Shown piece after piece: positions 1-10,700 of a stretch of 64,000 nt of DNA. A program made the translations under genes and the position numbers. Position 1 is the first letter of the stretch; each line of letters opens with the position of its first letter. The stretch spans positions 1,152,001-1,216,000 of the forward strand of contig CP182352.1 of NCBI GenBank assembly GCA_048571215.1, read 5' to 3'. The DNA is from Halarcobacter sp. (GTDB taxonomy: Bacteria > Campylobacterota > Campylobacteria > Campylobacterales > Arcobacteraceae). The notes beneath the pieces were generated by a model. That model made no database searches. It saw only the letters and a program-made list of their open reading frames with translations, and had not been told where the DNA came from.

Positions 1-581
1 ATAAAAAAAGAGTTATAATATTTAATGATGGTCCCCTAGATTATTTTAGTAATTGTAAAAATAATGATTTTATATTAAAATCAAACATATCAGATGATAT
101 AAATAGTTTGATAACATCAAAGACTAATACTAAAAACTTTGAATTTAGTTTTAAATATATTATATATCCATTTAAAAGTCTAATTAATAAAATGATAAAT
201 AAAGTTGAAATGTTTTTGTAGTAAAGAAAAAATTAATTTCATAACTGATGGTATTATTAAAAACTGGCAGTTTGCAAAAAGATTGTTGAGTCTCACAATG
301 ATATTTTCATATCAGTTTTAATACCTGTGTCATATCTTGATGGAAATAGTTCCGATATAAAAATTGATAAATTTACATTTGATGAAAAAACTCAAAATGC
401 AATTAAAATTGGATATGGACAAATAAAAACAAAAATGAAAACTATGAATATGAATTTTGTTAATCTTGATGAGATATTTATTGATAGACCAAATTCTTAC
501 TTAGATAAATTACATTATTCATATAATGGTAAAATTATTTTTGTCAATGAATTAAATAAAAAAATAAAAAATATTAAGTAA
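1..581 (+). pseudogene. Frameshifted SGNH/GDSL-hydrolase-like gene remnant (5' end outside window)
   Basis: The frame from nt 3 reads KKRVIIFNDGPLDY (like SGNH block III) and stops at ~220. ORF 327-581 carries a C-terminal DxxH-like motif (YLDKLHYSYNG). The pieces do not form one open frame. Confidence 0.45.
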
Positions 582-590
582 AGGTAAAAT

Positions 591-1349
591 ATGAGAAACT
601 TATTAGATAACGTACTAGTATCTTTATTGTCTGTTACAATTATGTTATTTATAATAGAAGGTGTATAAAGAATTAAAAACTCAGATATGCGTAATTACAA
701 TATCGAAATGTGGAAATATACAAAAGAATTAAAAGTTAAAAGTGAGAATCCAAAACTTGGTTTTTATCATAAACCATCAAGTGAATCAATTCTTCAATCT
801 GTAAAAATTCGTACAAATAGCTTTGGATTAAGAGGTAAAGAGATTTTAAAAGAAAAAAGTGTAAATAGAAGAGTTCTTTTTTTAGGTAGTTCTGCTACAC
901 TTGGATGGGGTGTTAAAGAAGAAAATACTATGATTTCACTTTTAAATAAGAGAATGGTTAGTGATGTTAGAGATGATAAACGATTATCATTATGTGATAC
1001 GGAAAAAAATTTAGAAGGTATAGAAAAACTAAAACAAAAACGAAGTGAAATACCTGCAGTAACACATATTGATTATTCTGCAAGAGTTCAAACAGTTGAT
1101 AAAAATACCAATAAAAGATATTATCATTTATTAAGTAAGTTTGATAGTTTAACCTCTTGTCCTATTTTGGTTAATACATCATTTAATGTACGAGGTGAGC
1201 CTATTGTCTGTTCTCCTAAAGATAGTTATATATGTTTTATGCGTACTGGAATTGATATATTAGTTTTGGAAGATTTTATATTATATAAAACTGAACAAGA
1301 TGCCAATGATTATGATGATAACTGGAAAGAGACTTTTGAGCTTGATTAG
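591..1349 (+). pseudogene. Chimeric pseudogene: SGNH-hydrolase N-terminus fused to carbamoyltransferase (NodU/CmcH family) C-terminus, with an internal stop
   Basis: ATG at 591 is in frame with ORF 687-1349 but interrupted by TAA at 666-668. The N-part has RTNSFGLRG...VLFLGSSATLGWGV. The C-part has IPAVTHIDYSARVQTV...NTSFNVRGEPIVCSP. Confidence 0.75.
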
Positions 1350-1371
1350 ACTTAAATTAAGAAAATAGATC

Positions 1372-1455
1372 ATGAAAATTATAATTACAGGAGCTAGCGG
1401 TTTTTTAGGAAGTCACTTATATAAAATATTTTATAGAAAAAATTTGCTCTTATAG
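1372..1455 (+). pseudogene. N-terminal remnant of an NAD-dependent epimerase/dehydratase
   Basis: MKIIITGASGFLGSHL is a Rossmann GxxGxxG start; the frame stops after 27 codons. Confidence 0.7.
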
Positions 1456-1494
1456 TGATTATTTAATTACCCATTTTTTTATTAAGAATGAATG

Positions 1495-1617
1495 ACTAGA
1501 AACACCATAGACCTCATGAAGAACTTAATAATTTAAGTCCTATACAATTTCTAAATAGGCATAATTCTAACATGAAATTACTTGCTTAAATCTGGTCCAC
1601 ATATTGGGGAGGGGACA
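1495..1617 (+). mobile_element. IS3-family remnant: transposase OrfB C-terminus plus right inverted repeat
   Basis: Translates to HHRPHEELNNLSPIQF (RPHxxLxxxSP, typical of the IS3 OrfB end), followed by TGGTCCACATATTGGGGAGGGGACA ending in CA. Confidence 0.7.
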
Positions 1618-1783
1618 ATCTTTTTTATAAAAACTTAAATAATTTACACCTATTGAGTAAAAAGAATGTTTCAAATATAAAGCTTAACATTTAAAAGTTT
1701 AGTAAATAGGGATTTCATAAAATTATAGAAAAGAAGATTGTAAGTAAAATTTATAAGGATTATCTGAAATTAAAAGGATAAAA

Positions 1784-2497
1784 ATGCAAGATAAAGACAT
1801 ACAAAAAAACAATTATTTTAAATATAGGAACATAGGCTCATCTACATATGAAAATACTTCTTTACCATTTTGGATTAAGAGTGAAATAGAAAATAATGAC
1901 TTAAAAATTTTAGATTATGGTTGTGGGTTTGGACAAAATATTCAATCTTTAACTAATGAAAGATTCAAAAATGTTTATGGTGTAGATATTGAAAAACAAG
2001 CAATTGCATCATGTATTAGTAAAGGTTTTAATGTAAAAGAGTTAGACTTGGAAAACTTGAAAAATCCGTTTGATATAAAATTTGATGTCATTATACTTTC
2101 TCATATTATTGAGCATATTCAAAAAAATGAAATTATCAACACATTAGTATTCATAAAAAATGAATTTTTAACGGATGGTGGAAAATTATTAATAGCCGTT
2201 CCAAATGCTCAGTCAAATACTGATAGTTATTGGGCTTATGAAGATTGGACACATACCACACTATTTACAAGTGGTTCTATATACTATGTTTTAAAAGCAG
2301 CGGGTTTTAAAACAATTGAGTTTTTGGATATTGACTGTACATTAGATAGTAAATTAAAAATCAAAGTTTATATTAGAAAGTTTTTTTTAAGACTATATAA
2401 GTTAAATAAAAATTTTTGGAATAAAGTTACATGCAGCTCATATCATCAACCCTCACCACAAATATTTAGTTATGAAATAAAAGTTAGAGCACAATAA
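1784..2497 (+). CDS. Class I SAM-dependent methyltransferase (glycan-locus type)
   Basis: ILDYGCGFG motif I; FDVIILSHIIEH; AVPN; AAGGA RBS upstream. Confidence 0.85.
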   Translation: MQDKDIQKNNYFKYRNIGSSTYENTSLPFWIKSEIENNDLKILDYGCGFGQNIQSLTNERFKNVYGVDIEKQAIASCISKGFNVKELDLENLKNPFDIKFDVIILSHIIEHIQKNEIINTLVFIKNEFLTDGGKLLIAVPNAQSNTDSYWAYEDWTHTTLFTSGSIYYVLKAAGFKTIEFLDIDCTLDSKLKIKVYIRKFFLRLYKLNKNFWNKVTCSSYHQPSPQIFSYEIKVRAQ

Positions 2498-2498
2498 A

Positions 2499-3650
2499 AT
2501 GTTATCCAAACTAAAAAATCTGATAAGATTTATAATCTATTATTTTATAAATCTTATCATCAAGCCAGCAGAAGATATAAAACAAAAATCTCTTTTACTT
2601 GTTCGCTTGGATGCTATAGGAGATTATATACTTTTTAGAAACTATATAGAAGTGTTGAAAAAAAGTGAAAAATATAAAGACTATTCTATTACACTTCTTG
2701 GAAATAATGACTGGAAAAATATAAGTGAAGAATTTGATAGTGATTTTATAGATAATTTTATTTGGCTTGATAAAAATAAATTTTTAAAAGATTTTTTATA
2801 TAGATATAAAAAGTTTAAAGAGATTGTATCAAATGGTTATGAAATAGTTTTGAGTTCTGTATATAGTCGAGAGTTTTTTTATGATGACAATATTGTTAAA
2901 CATATATTTGCAAATGAAAAAATAGGACATATAGGAGACTTGTCAAATATAAAAAAATGGCAAAAAAATATAAGTGATAAATATTATGATAAATTGATAC
3001 CTGCAAAAGACGAAATAATATTTGAATTTTATAGAAATAAAGATTTTTTTGAAATTTTACTTGAAGCTAAGCTTGATATGATTAAACCACATATAGATTT
3101 AATGCCAAAGAAATTAGATTATGATTTACCACAAAATTATGCAATACTTTTTATTGGAGCAAGTGTAAGTTTTAGAAAATGGAGTATTGAAAAGTTTTCT
3201 AAAGTGGGAATGCATTTAAAAGAAAAGTATAATTATGAAATAGTTCTTTGCGGAGGACCTAGTGATAATGATAGTGCAAAAGAGTTTTCCTATCATTATA
3301 AAGGCAAATATTTAGATTTAGTTGGAAAGACTACTTTAGTAGAATTACTTACTGTTATTTATAATGGAAATCTTATATTATCAAATGAAACTTCAGCACC
3401 TCATTTTGCAGTTGCACTTGATGTTGAGAATATATTTGTTATATCAAATGGTAATCATTATGGACGATTTACTCCTTATCCCAAAGAAGTAGTAGCAAAT
3501 TATCATGTGATATACCATCCTGAAATAGAAAAAGATTTGGGTAATTATAAAAAGTTGATCAATAGTTATGGGTATAGAAGTTATTTGGATATAAATGAGA
3601 TAAGTGTAGAAACTGTAAAAAATAAAATTGAAAAGGTTTTAAATGGGTAG
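2499..3650 (+). CDS. Glycosyltransferase family 9 (heptosyltransferase-like)
   Basis: LVRLDAIGDYIL, RKWS, DLVGKTTL, SNETSAPHFAVAL motifs of GT9. Confidence 0.85.
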   Translation: MLSKLKNLIRFIIYYFINLIIKPAEDIKQKSLLLVRLDAIGDYILFRNYIEVLKKSEKYKDYSITLLGNNDWKNISEEFDSDFIDNFIWLDKNKFLKDFLYRYKKFKEIVSNGYEIVLSSVYSREFFYDDNIVKHIFANEKIGHIGDLSNIKKWQKNISDKYYDKLIPAKDEIIFEFYRNKDFFEILLEAKLDMIKPHIDLMPKKLDYDLPQNYAILFIGASVSFRKWSIEKFSKVGMHLKEKYNYEIVLCGGPSDNDSAKEFSYHYKGKYLDLVGKTTLVELLTVIYNGNLILSNETSAPHFAVALDVENIFVISNGNHYGRFTPYPKEVVANYHVIYHPEIEKDLGNYKKLINSYGYRSYLDINEISVETVKNKIEKVLNG

Positions 3651-3652
3651 CG

Positions 3653-4393
3653 GAGACCGTTCAAAAATCTGTGTCAAGTCACCTAAAGTAACAAATCCAT
3701 ACTTGTTACAACTCTAAATAATTATCCAATCTCCCTTCGAAAAATATAGCAAGTTGGGAGATTGTTAAACTCCAATTATGCACTGGCTGAGTCCATTTTA
3801 CTTTTGCATTTAATATTCCCATATACAACAATTTTAAAAGTGAATTCTCATTAGGGAAAGCTCCTTTTGTTTTGGTTAATTTTCTAAATTGCCTATGTAC
3901 AGATTCAATAATATTTGTAGTGTACATAATCTTTCTTATCTCTTTTGGATATTTAAAATAATAAGATAAATTCTCCATTTATTTTGCCAAGATTGAAGTA
4001 CTATGGGATATCTTTTCCCCCATTTTTAATCTAGTTTTAAAAGCTCATCTTCTGCAAGTTCTTTTGTTGTTGCTTGATAAACAAGTTTTAAATCTCTCAT
4101 AAACTCTTTTTGGTCTTTAGAGGCTACATACTTCAATGAATTACGAATTTGATGTACAACACAAAGTTGTACTTCGGTATTTGGATATATTGTTTTAATA
4201 GCTTCAGGAAAGCCTTTAAGACCATCTACTGATGCAATTAGTATATCTTCTAATCCTCTATTATTTAAATCAGTAAGAACACTAAGCCAGAAGTTTGCTC
4301 CTTCACTTTGGGATAAATATAATCCTAATATATCTTTTTTACCATCAATTCCCATCCCTAAAACTGTGTAAACTGCTTTACTCACATACTTCC
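3653..4393 (-). mobile_element. IS256-family element, 5'-truncated, transposase pseudogene
   Basis: ORFs 4026-4385 (DGLKGF, QLCVVHQIRNS) and 3706-3978 (YTTNIIES, GAFPNE) are separated by a stop and a frameshift. Terminal IR-like GAGACCGTTCAAAAATCTGTGTCA at 3653. Confidence 0.9.
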
Positions 4394-4502
4394 TGTAAGC
4401 CTCCCCAAATAATGGACTAAATAAAACAGAATAATTCTGCTAAAATTTATTTAGGAGAATTGTGAATGAGAAATAGTAAATATGCAAAAGAATTTAGAGA
4501 TG
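4394..4502 (+). mobile_element. IS3-family remnant: left inverted repeat plus start of OrfA
   Basis: TGTAAGCCTCCCCAAATAATGGAC starts with TG and resembles the reverse complement of 1592-1617. AGGAG RBS, then ATG 4466 reading MRNSKYAKEFRDE. Confidence 0.7.
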
Positions 4503-4810
4503 AAGGATCAATTGCTTTTGATCTAGTTTCTTTCCTACATTGAAAATATTGTTTAGCTACTTAGAATTTGTTTCTTTTTTTTGTTATTGCTAGAGGCTCT
4601 TCTCTGATTCTTTGTTTTGTAATAATTTCATTTTTAATTTAATTACAATATTTTTCTCTAAATCCCTCAAAATATTAACCAATTTTTTTTACAGTATTAT
4701 TGTATTCATTTTTATATGTTATATAATATGTTTTGTCAGGTTTACCATTTGTAACAGACTTCCTATAATAAATACCTGTAAGCTTAGTCTTTATTTTTGA
4801 TATCTTCCAA
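4503..4810 (-). pseudogene. Remnant of a tyrosine integrase N-terminal (arm-binding) region
   Basis: The minus strand reads KTKLTGIYYRKSVTNGKPDKTYYITYK, then after a frameshift IG*YFEGFREKYCN*IKNEIITKQR. This resembles island-integrase N-termini and lies next to a tRNA 3' fragment. Confidence 0.6.
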
Positions 4811-4947
4811 CCTATTTTCAACTAAATTTAAGACTTATTGGATTAAATTAATTTTATTGGAAGAAGTCAATCTTTCCTAGAATAAGGTTTTATGATGGTT
4901 TTAATACTTATTTTATTAATTAAGGCTTATTGGAATTTAATGCTAAT

Positions 4948-4995
4948 CGGGATTTCCTCCTGTAAACGGATGTTCGAATCATCCTGGGGTCGCCA
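4948..4995 (+). other. Duplicated tRNA 3' half (probably tRNA-Glu), putative attR site
   Basis: T-arm GGATG-TTCGAAT-CATCC followed by TGGGGTC-G-CCA. No D-arm or 5' acceptor strand upstream. Confidence 0.75.
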
Positions 4996-5160
4996 TCTAT
5001 TTTTTACAAATTTCTAAAAAGATTAAGAGAGTTAAATTTTAATTGATATATAAATACTACTATTAAAATAACTGAAATTTACAATTTACATTTTTAGGTA
5101 ATGTTATTATAATCTTGTTTTACTATAGTGGGAAATACTATGATTTATTTGGAGAAAAAT

Positions 5161-6150
5161 ATGAATAAAAATGTACCATTATCTGTATTAGATTTAATCC
5201 CAGTAGGTGAGGGCTTTACAATAACACAAGCTATTGAAAACAGTACAAAACTTGCCCAAGGGGTAGAAGAGTTTGGATTTACTCGTTATTGGGTTGCTGA
5301 GCATCATAATTTCTCAGGGATAGCTAGTGCTGCTACTTCTGTAGTATTGAGTTATATTGGATCACAAACTAAAAACATAAGAATAGGTTCGGGTGGGATT
5401 ATGTTGCCCAATCACTCTCCCTTAGTTATTGCAGAGCAATTTGGTACTTTAGAGTCTTTATATCCAAATAGAATAGATTTAGGACTAGGTAGAGCTCCTG
5501 GTACAGATAGACAAACAATGATGGCATTAAGACGAGATATTAATAATGACGATTTTCCTTCGATGCTTCAATATTTACAATACTATTTATCTGATGAAGC
5601 AGGGAAAAAAGCAATAAAAGCAATACCTGGATTCGGATTAGATATTCCTATTTGGTTACTTGGTTCTAGCACCTTTAGTGCACAATTAGCTGCTCAAAAG
5701 GGTTTACCTTTTGTTTTTGCTTCACACTTTGCACCTGATTTGATGGATGATGCTCTAAGAATATATAAACAAAACTTTAAACCATCTGCCCAACTAAAAG
5801 AGCCTTATGTAATGGTTTGTATCAATATTGTATGTACCAATACAAATGAAGAAGCTCAATATTTAGCCACAACAGAACTTCAAAAATTCCTTTATCTTCA
5901 AAGGGGAGATAGTAAACAATTACCAAAACCAACAGAAGATATGAATAGCTTATGGGAACAGTGGGAAGAAAATAGTATAAGACACAAAACAAGAGAATCT
6001 ATTTGGGGAACACCTGATTATGTTAAAGAAAGACTTGAACATCTTATTGAAAGAACTGGTGCAAATGAAATTATGGTAAACTCAATGATACATGACCCAG
6101 ACAAAAGAATAAAATCTTATGAACTTATCTCAAAAGTTTGGTTTAATTAA
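5161..6150 (+). CDS. LLM-class flavin-dependent oxidoreductase (luciferase-like, YhbW type)
   Basis: LSVLDL, RYWVAEHHN, IGSGGIMLPNHSPLVIAEQFGTL, DLGLGRAPG. GGAG RBS favours the 5161 start over 5128. Confidence 0.9.
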   Translation: MNKNVPLSVLDLIPVGEGFTITQAIENSTKLAQGVEEFGFTRYWVAEHHNFSGIASAATSVVLSYIGSQTKNIRIGSGGIMLPNHSPLVIAEQFGTLESLYPNRIDLGLGRAPGTDRQTMMALRRDINNDDFPSMLQYLQYYLSDEAGKKAIKAIPGFGLDIPIWLLGSSTFSAQLAAQKGLPFVFASHFAPDLMDDALRIYKQNFKPSAQLKEPYVMVCINIVCTNTNEEAQYLATTELQKFLYLQRGDSKQLPKPTEDMNSLWEQWEENSIRHKTRESIWGTPDYVKERLEHLIERTGANEIMVNSMIHDPDKRIKSYELISKVWFN

Positions 6151-6287
6151 TACCTTAAATTGTACAAAAAATTAATATATTTTAACAATGATATTAAAGG
6201 CTATACTCTTTTGGTTTATTGAAGTAAAAGTACGAAATTTAAGATAATAAAAATACAAATTTAAATTAAATTTAGTTACTATTTTAT

Positions 6288-7715
6288 ATGGACAATAAAC
6301 AAATTGATTTAAAATTTAGAAAATCTATATTGCTTACATTGATATTATTTGCATTTATTATTTTTGTATCATTTATTATAATTGAAAAATATATTTTAGA
6401 AAACGAATTTAAAAAGCAGATATTAAATAGTACAAGTACAAATATTGAAAAAAAAGAGATTCATTTAAATAAATTAATAAATAATGCAAAAAATACTTTA
6501 ATATATATTAGTAAATCAAAAGATTTCAATAGAGTTATAGATAATAAAAATTATAAAAAACTAGAAAACTTTTTTTTAACAATATCTCAATCAAATACTT
6601 ATTTTATGCAATTGAGATTTTTAGATAAAGAGGGTATAGAACGTATTAGAATTGATAGAAGAAATGGGTCTTCATCACCTAAAATTATAACGTTAAACAA
6701 GCTACAAGATAAATCAATTAGGGATTATTTTATTGAATCAAAAAAATCAAAAGGTATCTATATTTCAGATTTAGATTTAAATATTGAAAATAATAAAATA
6801 GAATACCCTTTTAAATCCACACTTAGAATTATATATCCAATTATTAGAAATAATAATTTTGTTGGAGAATTGATTATAAATTTAGAAATCAATATATTTA
6901 TAGAATCATCACTATTTGATACTATGATTTGTAATTCAAATGGAAAAATTATTTTACCATTTGATAGAAAAGAAAAGAATTTTAATGATAATCTAAATAA
7001 TTATTTACCAGAAATATATAATGATATATTAAACAATAAAAAATATATACATAAAAATTATATTTCATATAAATTGGAAATAGGGGATAATAAGAGTATA
7101 ATTATTATCTCAAAATTAAAAGAAAAGTATTTTAAAAAATTTCAATATGATCAATTTAAAATAAGAGTTTTGATATTTAGTGCCCTATTGATTTTTATTA
7201 TAATTGTTATATTTATAGTTTTTAAAAGATTCAATGAAATACTTTATTTACATTATAAATCTAAACTTAATGATAAAGTTAACTTTAGTAATAAAGAGTT
7301 TAAAGCTGCAAATAATTTTTTATCAAAAAATATAGAACCTCAATTAATACTTTCCCAAGTATCTACAAGTATGATACTAACTGATGATAAAATTAAAATT
7401 TTATATGTAAATAAAGCCTTTGAAGAGCTTTATGGATATAAAGAAAATGAAGTTTTAGGAAAAAATCCAGGTTTTTTAAGAAATGAAGATTCAAAGCAGC
7501 GGGGTTTAAAAAGCTTGAAAGATGCAATTACAAATCAAAAAAGTACTACTGTGATTTTGAGAAATTATACAAAAGATAATCAATTAAAGTATGTGGAACT
7601 ATCAATTTCCCCTATAATTGATGAAAAAACTGCTAAAATAATATACTATTTGGGGATACATAAAGATGTTACTAAAGAACAAAAAATATTAAAACAATTG
7701 AAGAGAATATTTTAA
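6288..7715 (+). CDS. Membrane sensor: two TM segments, extracytoplasmic Cache-like domain, C-terminal PAS, no output domain
   Basis: QLRFLDKEGIERIRIDR...LQDKSIRDYF (Cache-like); YVNKAFEELYGY..EVLGKNP...RNYTKD...GIHKDVT (PAS/PAC). Confidence 0.75.
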   Translation: MDNKQIDLKFRKSILLTLILFAFIIFVSFIIIEKYILENEFKKQILNSTSTNIEKKEIHLNKLINNAKNTLIYISKSKDFNRVIDNKNYKKLENFFLTISQSNTYFMQLRFLDKEGIERIRIDRRNGSSSPKIITLNKLQDKSIRDYFIESKKSKGIYISDLDLNIENNKIEYPFKSTLRIIYPIIRNNNFVGELIINLEINIFIESSLFDTMICNSNGKIILPFDRKEKNFNDNLNNYLPEIYNDILNNKKYIHKNYISYKLEIGDNKSIIIISKLKEKYFKKFQYDQFKIRVLIFSALLIFIIIVIFIVFKRFNEILYLHYKSKLNDKVNFSNKEFKAANNFLSKNIEPQLILSQVSTSMILTDDKIKILYVNKAFEELYGYKENEVLGKNPGFLRNEDSKQRGLKSLKDAITNQKSTTVILRNYTKDNQLKYVELSISPIIDEKTAKIIYYLGIHKDVTKEQKILKQLKRIF

Positions 7716-7723
7716 GGCTAAAG

Positions 7724-10700
7724 ATGAATTATAAAGAATTATATATTGTTGGTATAGGTGCAAGTGCAGGGGGATTTGAAGCTTTACAAAAGTTTTTATC
7801 AAAAATTCAAATGGATGATAATATATCTTATGTTATAACTCAACATTTAGATGCTAAAAGACCTACTTTATTGGGAGAACTTCTTAGTAAGTTTTCTGGC
7901 TTTCAAATTTCAGCTATTAAAGATGGTCAAAATATAGAGGGAAACCATATTTATTATTGTCCCGAAAATAAAAATCTAGAGATAAAAGATGGCAAATTTT
8001 TATTTTCAAATATTGAAAACAAACATTTTCCTAAACCCTCAATTAATAATTTTTTTGAATCTTTAGCTCAAGAAAAAAAAGAAAAAGCAATTGGTATTAT
8101 TTTGAGTGGTACCGGTACTGATGGCACTGAAGGTATTGTTGCCATTGCTAATGCTGGTGGTATTACTTTAACAGAAGATGAAGGAGCAAAATATTATTCT
8201 ATGCCAAAATCTTCTATAGATTCAGGAAAGGTTATAGCCTCACTTCCTCCTGAGATGTTAGCAGATGGAATTTTAAATATAATAAAAGATAGAAAATATT
8301 TCGAAAAACATTTTGAAATAGAGGATCACATAGAAAAAATATTTAATATATTAAAAGAAGAGACCTCTATAGATTTTAGTTCTTATAAGCATGCTACTGT
8401 GGAAAGAAGAATTAAAAAAAGGATAATTGAAAAAAAAGCTGATGGTGTTGATGAATATATTAAAATACTTTTAAGTGATGATGAAGAAGTTTCTAAACTT
8501 AAAGATGAACTTCTTATTGTTGTTACATCTTTCTTTAGGGATGAGGAGGCTTTTTTAGAACTAAAAATACACTTAACAGAACTAATCAGAAAAAAGCTTG
8601 ATAATCATATTAGAATTTGGATTACTGCATGTGCAACTGGTGAAGAGGCATATTCAATGGCAATATTAATTAGTGAGATATTTGAAGAATTAAATATTAC
8701 AAAAAAAGTAACTATTTTTGCAACAGATATTAGTGATAAGGTTATAACTGAATCTAGAAATAGAATCTTTAGAATTGAAGAGTTAGATGGGGTCCCTCCT
8801 GCTTTATTAAATAAATATTTTGAAAATACAAACAAACAATATAAGATAGTCAAAAAAATTAGAGATATGATAGTATTTTCTAAACATGATATTATAAAAG
8901 ACCCACCATTTTTAAACTTAGATATGATTAGTTGTAGAAATCTATTGATATATTTTAATACTGAACTACAAAAAAGAATTTTGAGTATTTTTTATTATTC
9001 ATTGAGATATGAGAGTATATTATTTCTTGGAAAAAGTGAAACTATAGGTACCTTGACTTCTTTATTTTCAATTGTTGATAATAAGTCTAAGATTTATAAA
9101 AAATTAAATGATTTAACTAAAATTGATATTGAAACATTAGCTTATGATAAGAGAAATTCAACATTTGTAAAAAATAAATATCAAAATAATCAAAATCAAA
9201 ACCTGATGGATATTGAATTTACAATTAATAAGGCAATAAGTGAAAGATATATCCAAAATGGAATAGTTGTTGATAATAACTATAATATATTGTTTTATAA
9301 AGGGAATTGTAAAGAGTTTTTACAACATCCTCAAGGTGTTCACACCAATGATTTATTTAGATTAATTGTAGATTTTTTACGACTTGATGTAAGAGCAACG
9401 ATAAATGAATCAAAAAAATCAAATATATTTGTATCCTCAAAAAAAATAAGAGTATTACCAATTTCAGAACCCAAAGAATATGTGATTATCAATGTATATC
9501 CTTTGGAAAAAAATAAATTAGGGGAAAATACATATTTTGTTTCATTTGATAAAATAACAGATATTGAATCAAGTATAAATAATGATAGTTTTGACCCAAT
9601 TGACCTTAATGATTCAGATTTAGGTGTACTTGAAGATGAATTACTAACATTAAAAGAGAGACTTCAAATCACCATTGAAGAGTTAGAAACATCAAATGAG
9701 GAGTTGCAAAGTACTAATGAAGAACTTCAAAGTACGAATGAAGAGTTGCAAAGTACTAACGAAGAACTTGAAACAAGTAATGAAGAACTTCAAAGTACAA
9801 ATGAAGAGTTACAAGCTGTTAATGATGAACTTAATAGTTCAAATTTAAAATTAGATTTTGCAAATAATGCCTTTAATAATGTATTGTCAAATCTTGGAGC
9901 ATATGTTGTAATACTTGATAATAGTTTAAATATTATTAAGTATACAGAGGGGATTGTTAAATTCTTTGATTTATCTAAAAATAAAGATAATAATTTTTCT
10001 ACAGCATTATTAAACTCTAATATTGAACTACCAAATCTTCTTGAAAATATAAAAGACTGTTTACGGTTAGGTACGGAAACAGCTTATGAAATTGAGTATG
10101 AAAATAGAAATTATTATTTTAGTATAAAAAGAATCAATTTATCTATGCTTCATGATAAAGATAATAACAAGGCAATTATTCTTAGTTTTATTGATAAAAC
10201 AGAATATATTGAACAAGATCGTTTGATTTTTCAGCAAGCAAAACTTGTTTCTATGGGAGAGATGATAAGTAATATATCTCATCAATGGAGACAACCTTTA
10301 AGTATGATTACAACCGTAGCAAGTGGATTGAAATTAAAATCAGAACTTGAAAATATTGATATAGATTTTATAACTGAAAATATGGATATTATTTTGAGTC
10401 AAGCCAAATACTTATCTGAAACAATTGATAATTTTAGAAATTTTATAAAAGAGAAAAGAGAGTTTAGTAATACAACAATAACAAAAGTGATTGATGAAAC
10501 TCTTAACTTGGTCGAAGCTTCATTAAAAAACAATTTTATTAGTATTGTTATAGATGCAAAAAAAGATATAGAAATTGATGCATCAACAAATGAACTTGTG
10601 GAAGCATTAATAAATTTGATAAATAATAGTAAAGATGCGCTTATTGAAAATGTAAAAGATGATAGTGATAGGTTTATTTTTATTACTACAAATTTAATTT

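Noticed and set aside
4612..4800. 62-aa plus-strand ORF
   Set aside because: Antisense shadow of the integrase remnant; no RBS or motif.
4948..4995. Possible functional tRNA gene
   Set aside because: No D-arm or 5' acceptor strand, so it is treated as an att fragment.
9677..9823. Periodic 21-bp repeats as a CRISPR array or VNTR
   Set aside because: No spacers; synonymous variation shows these are coding heptads typical of CheBR fusions.
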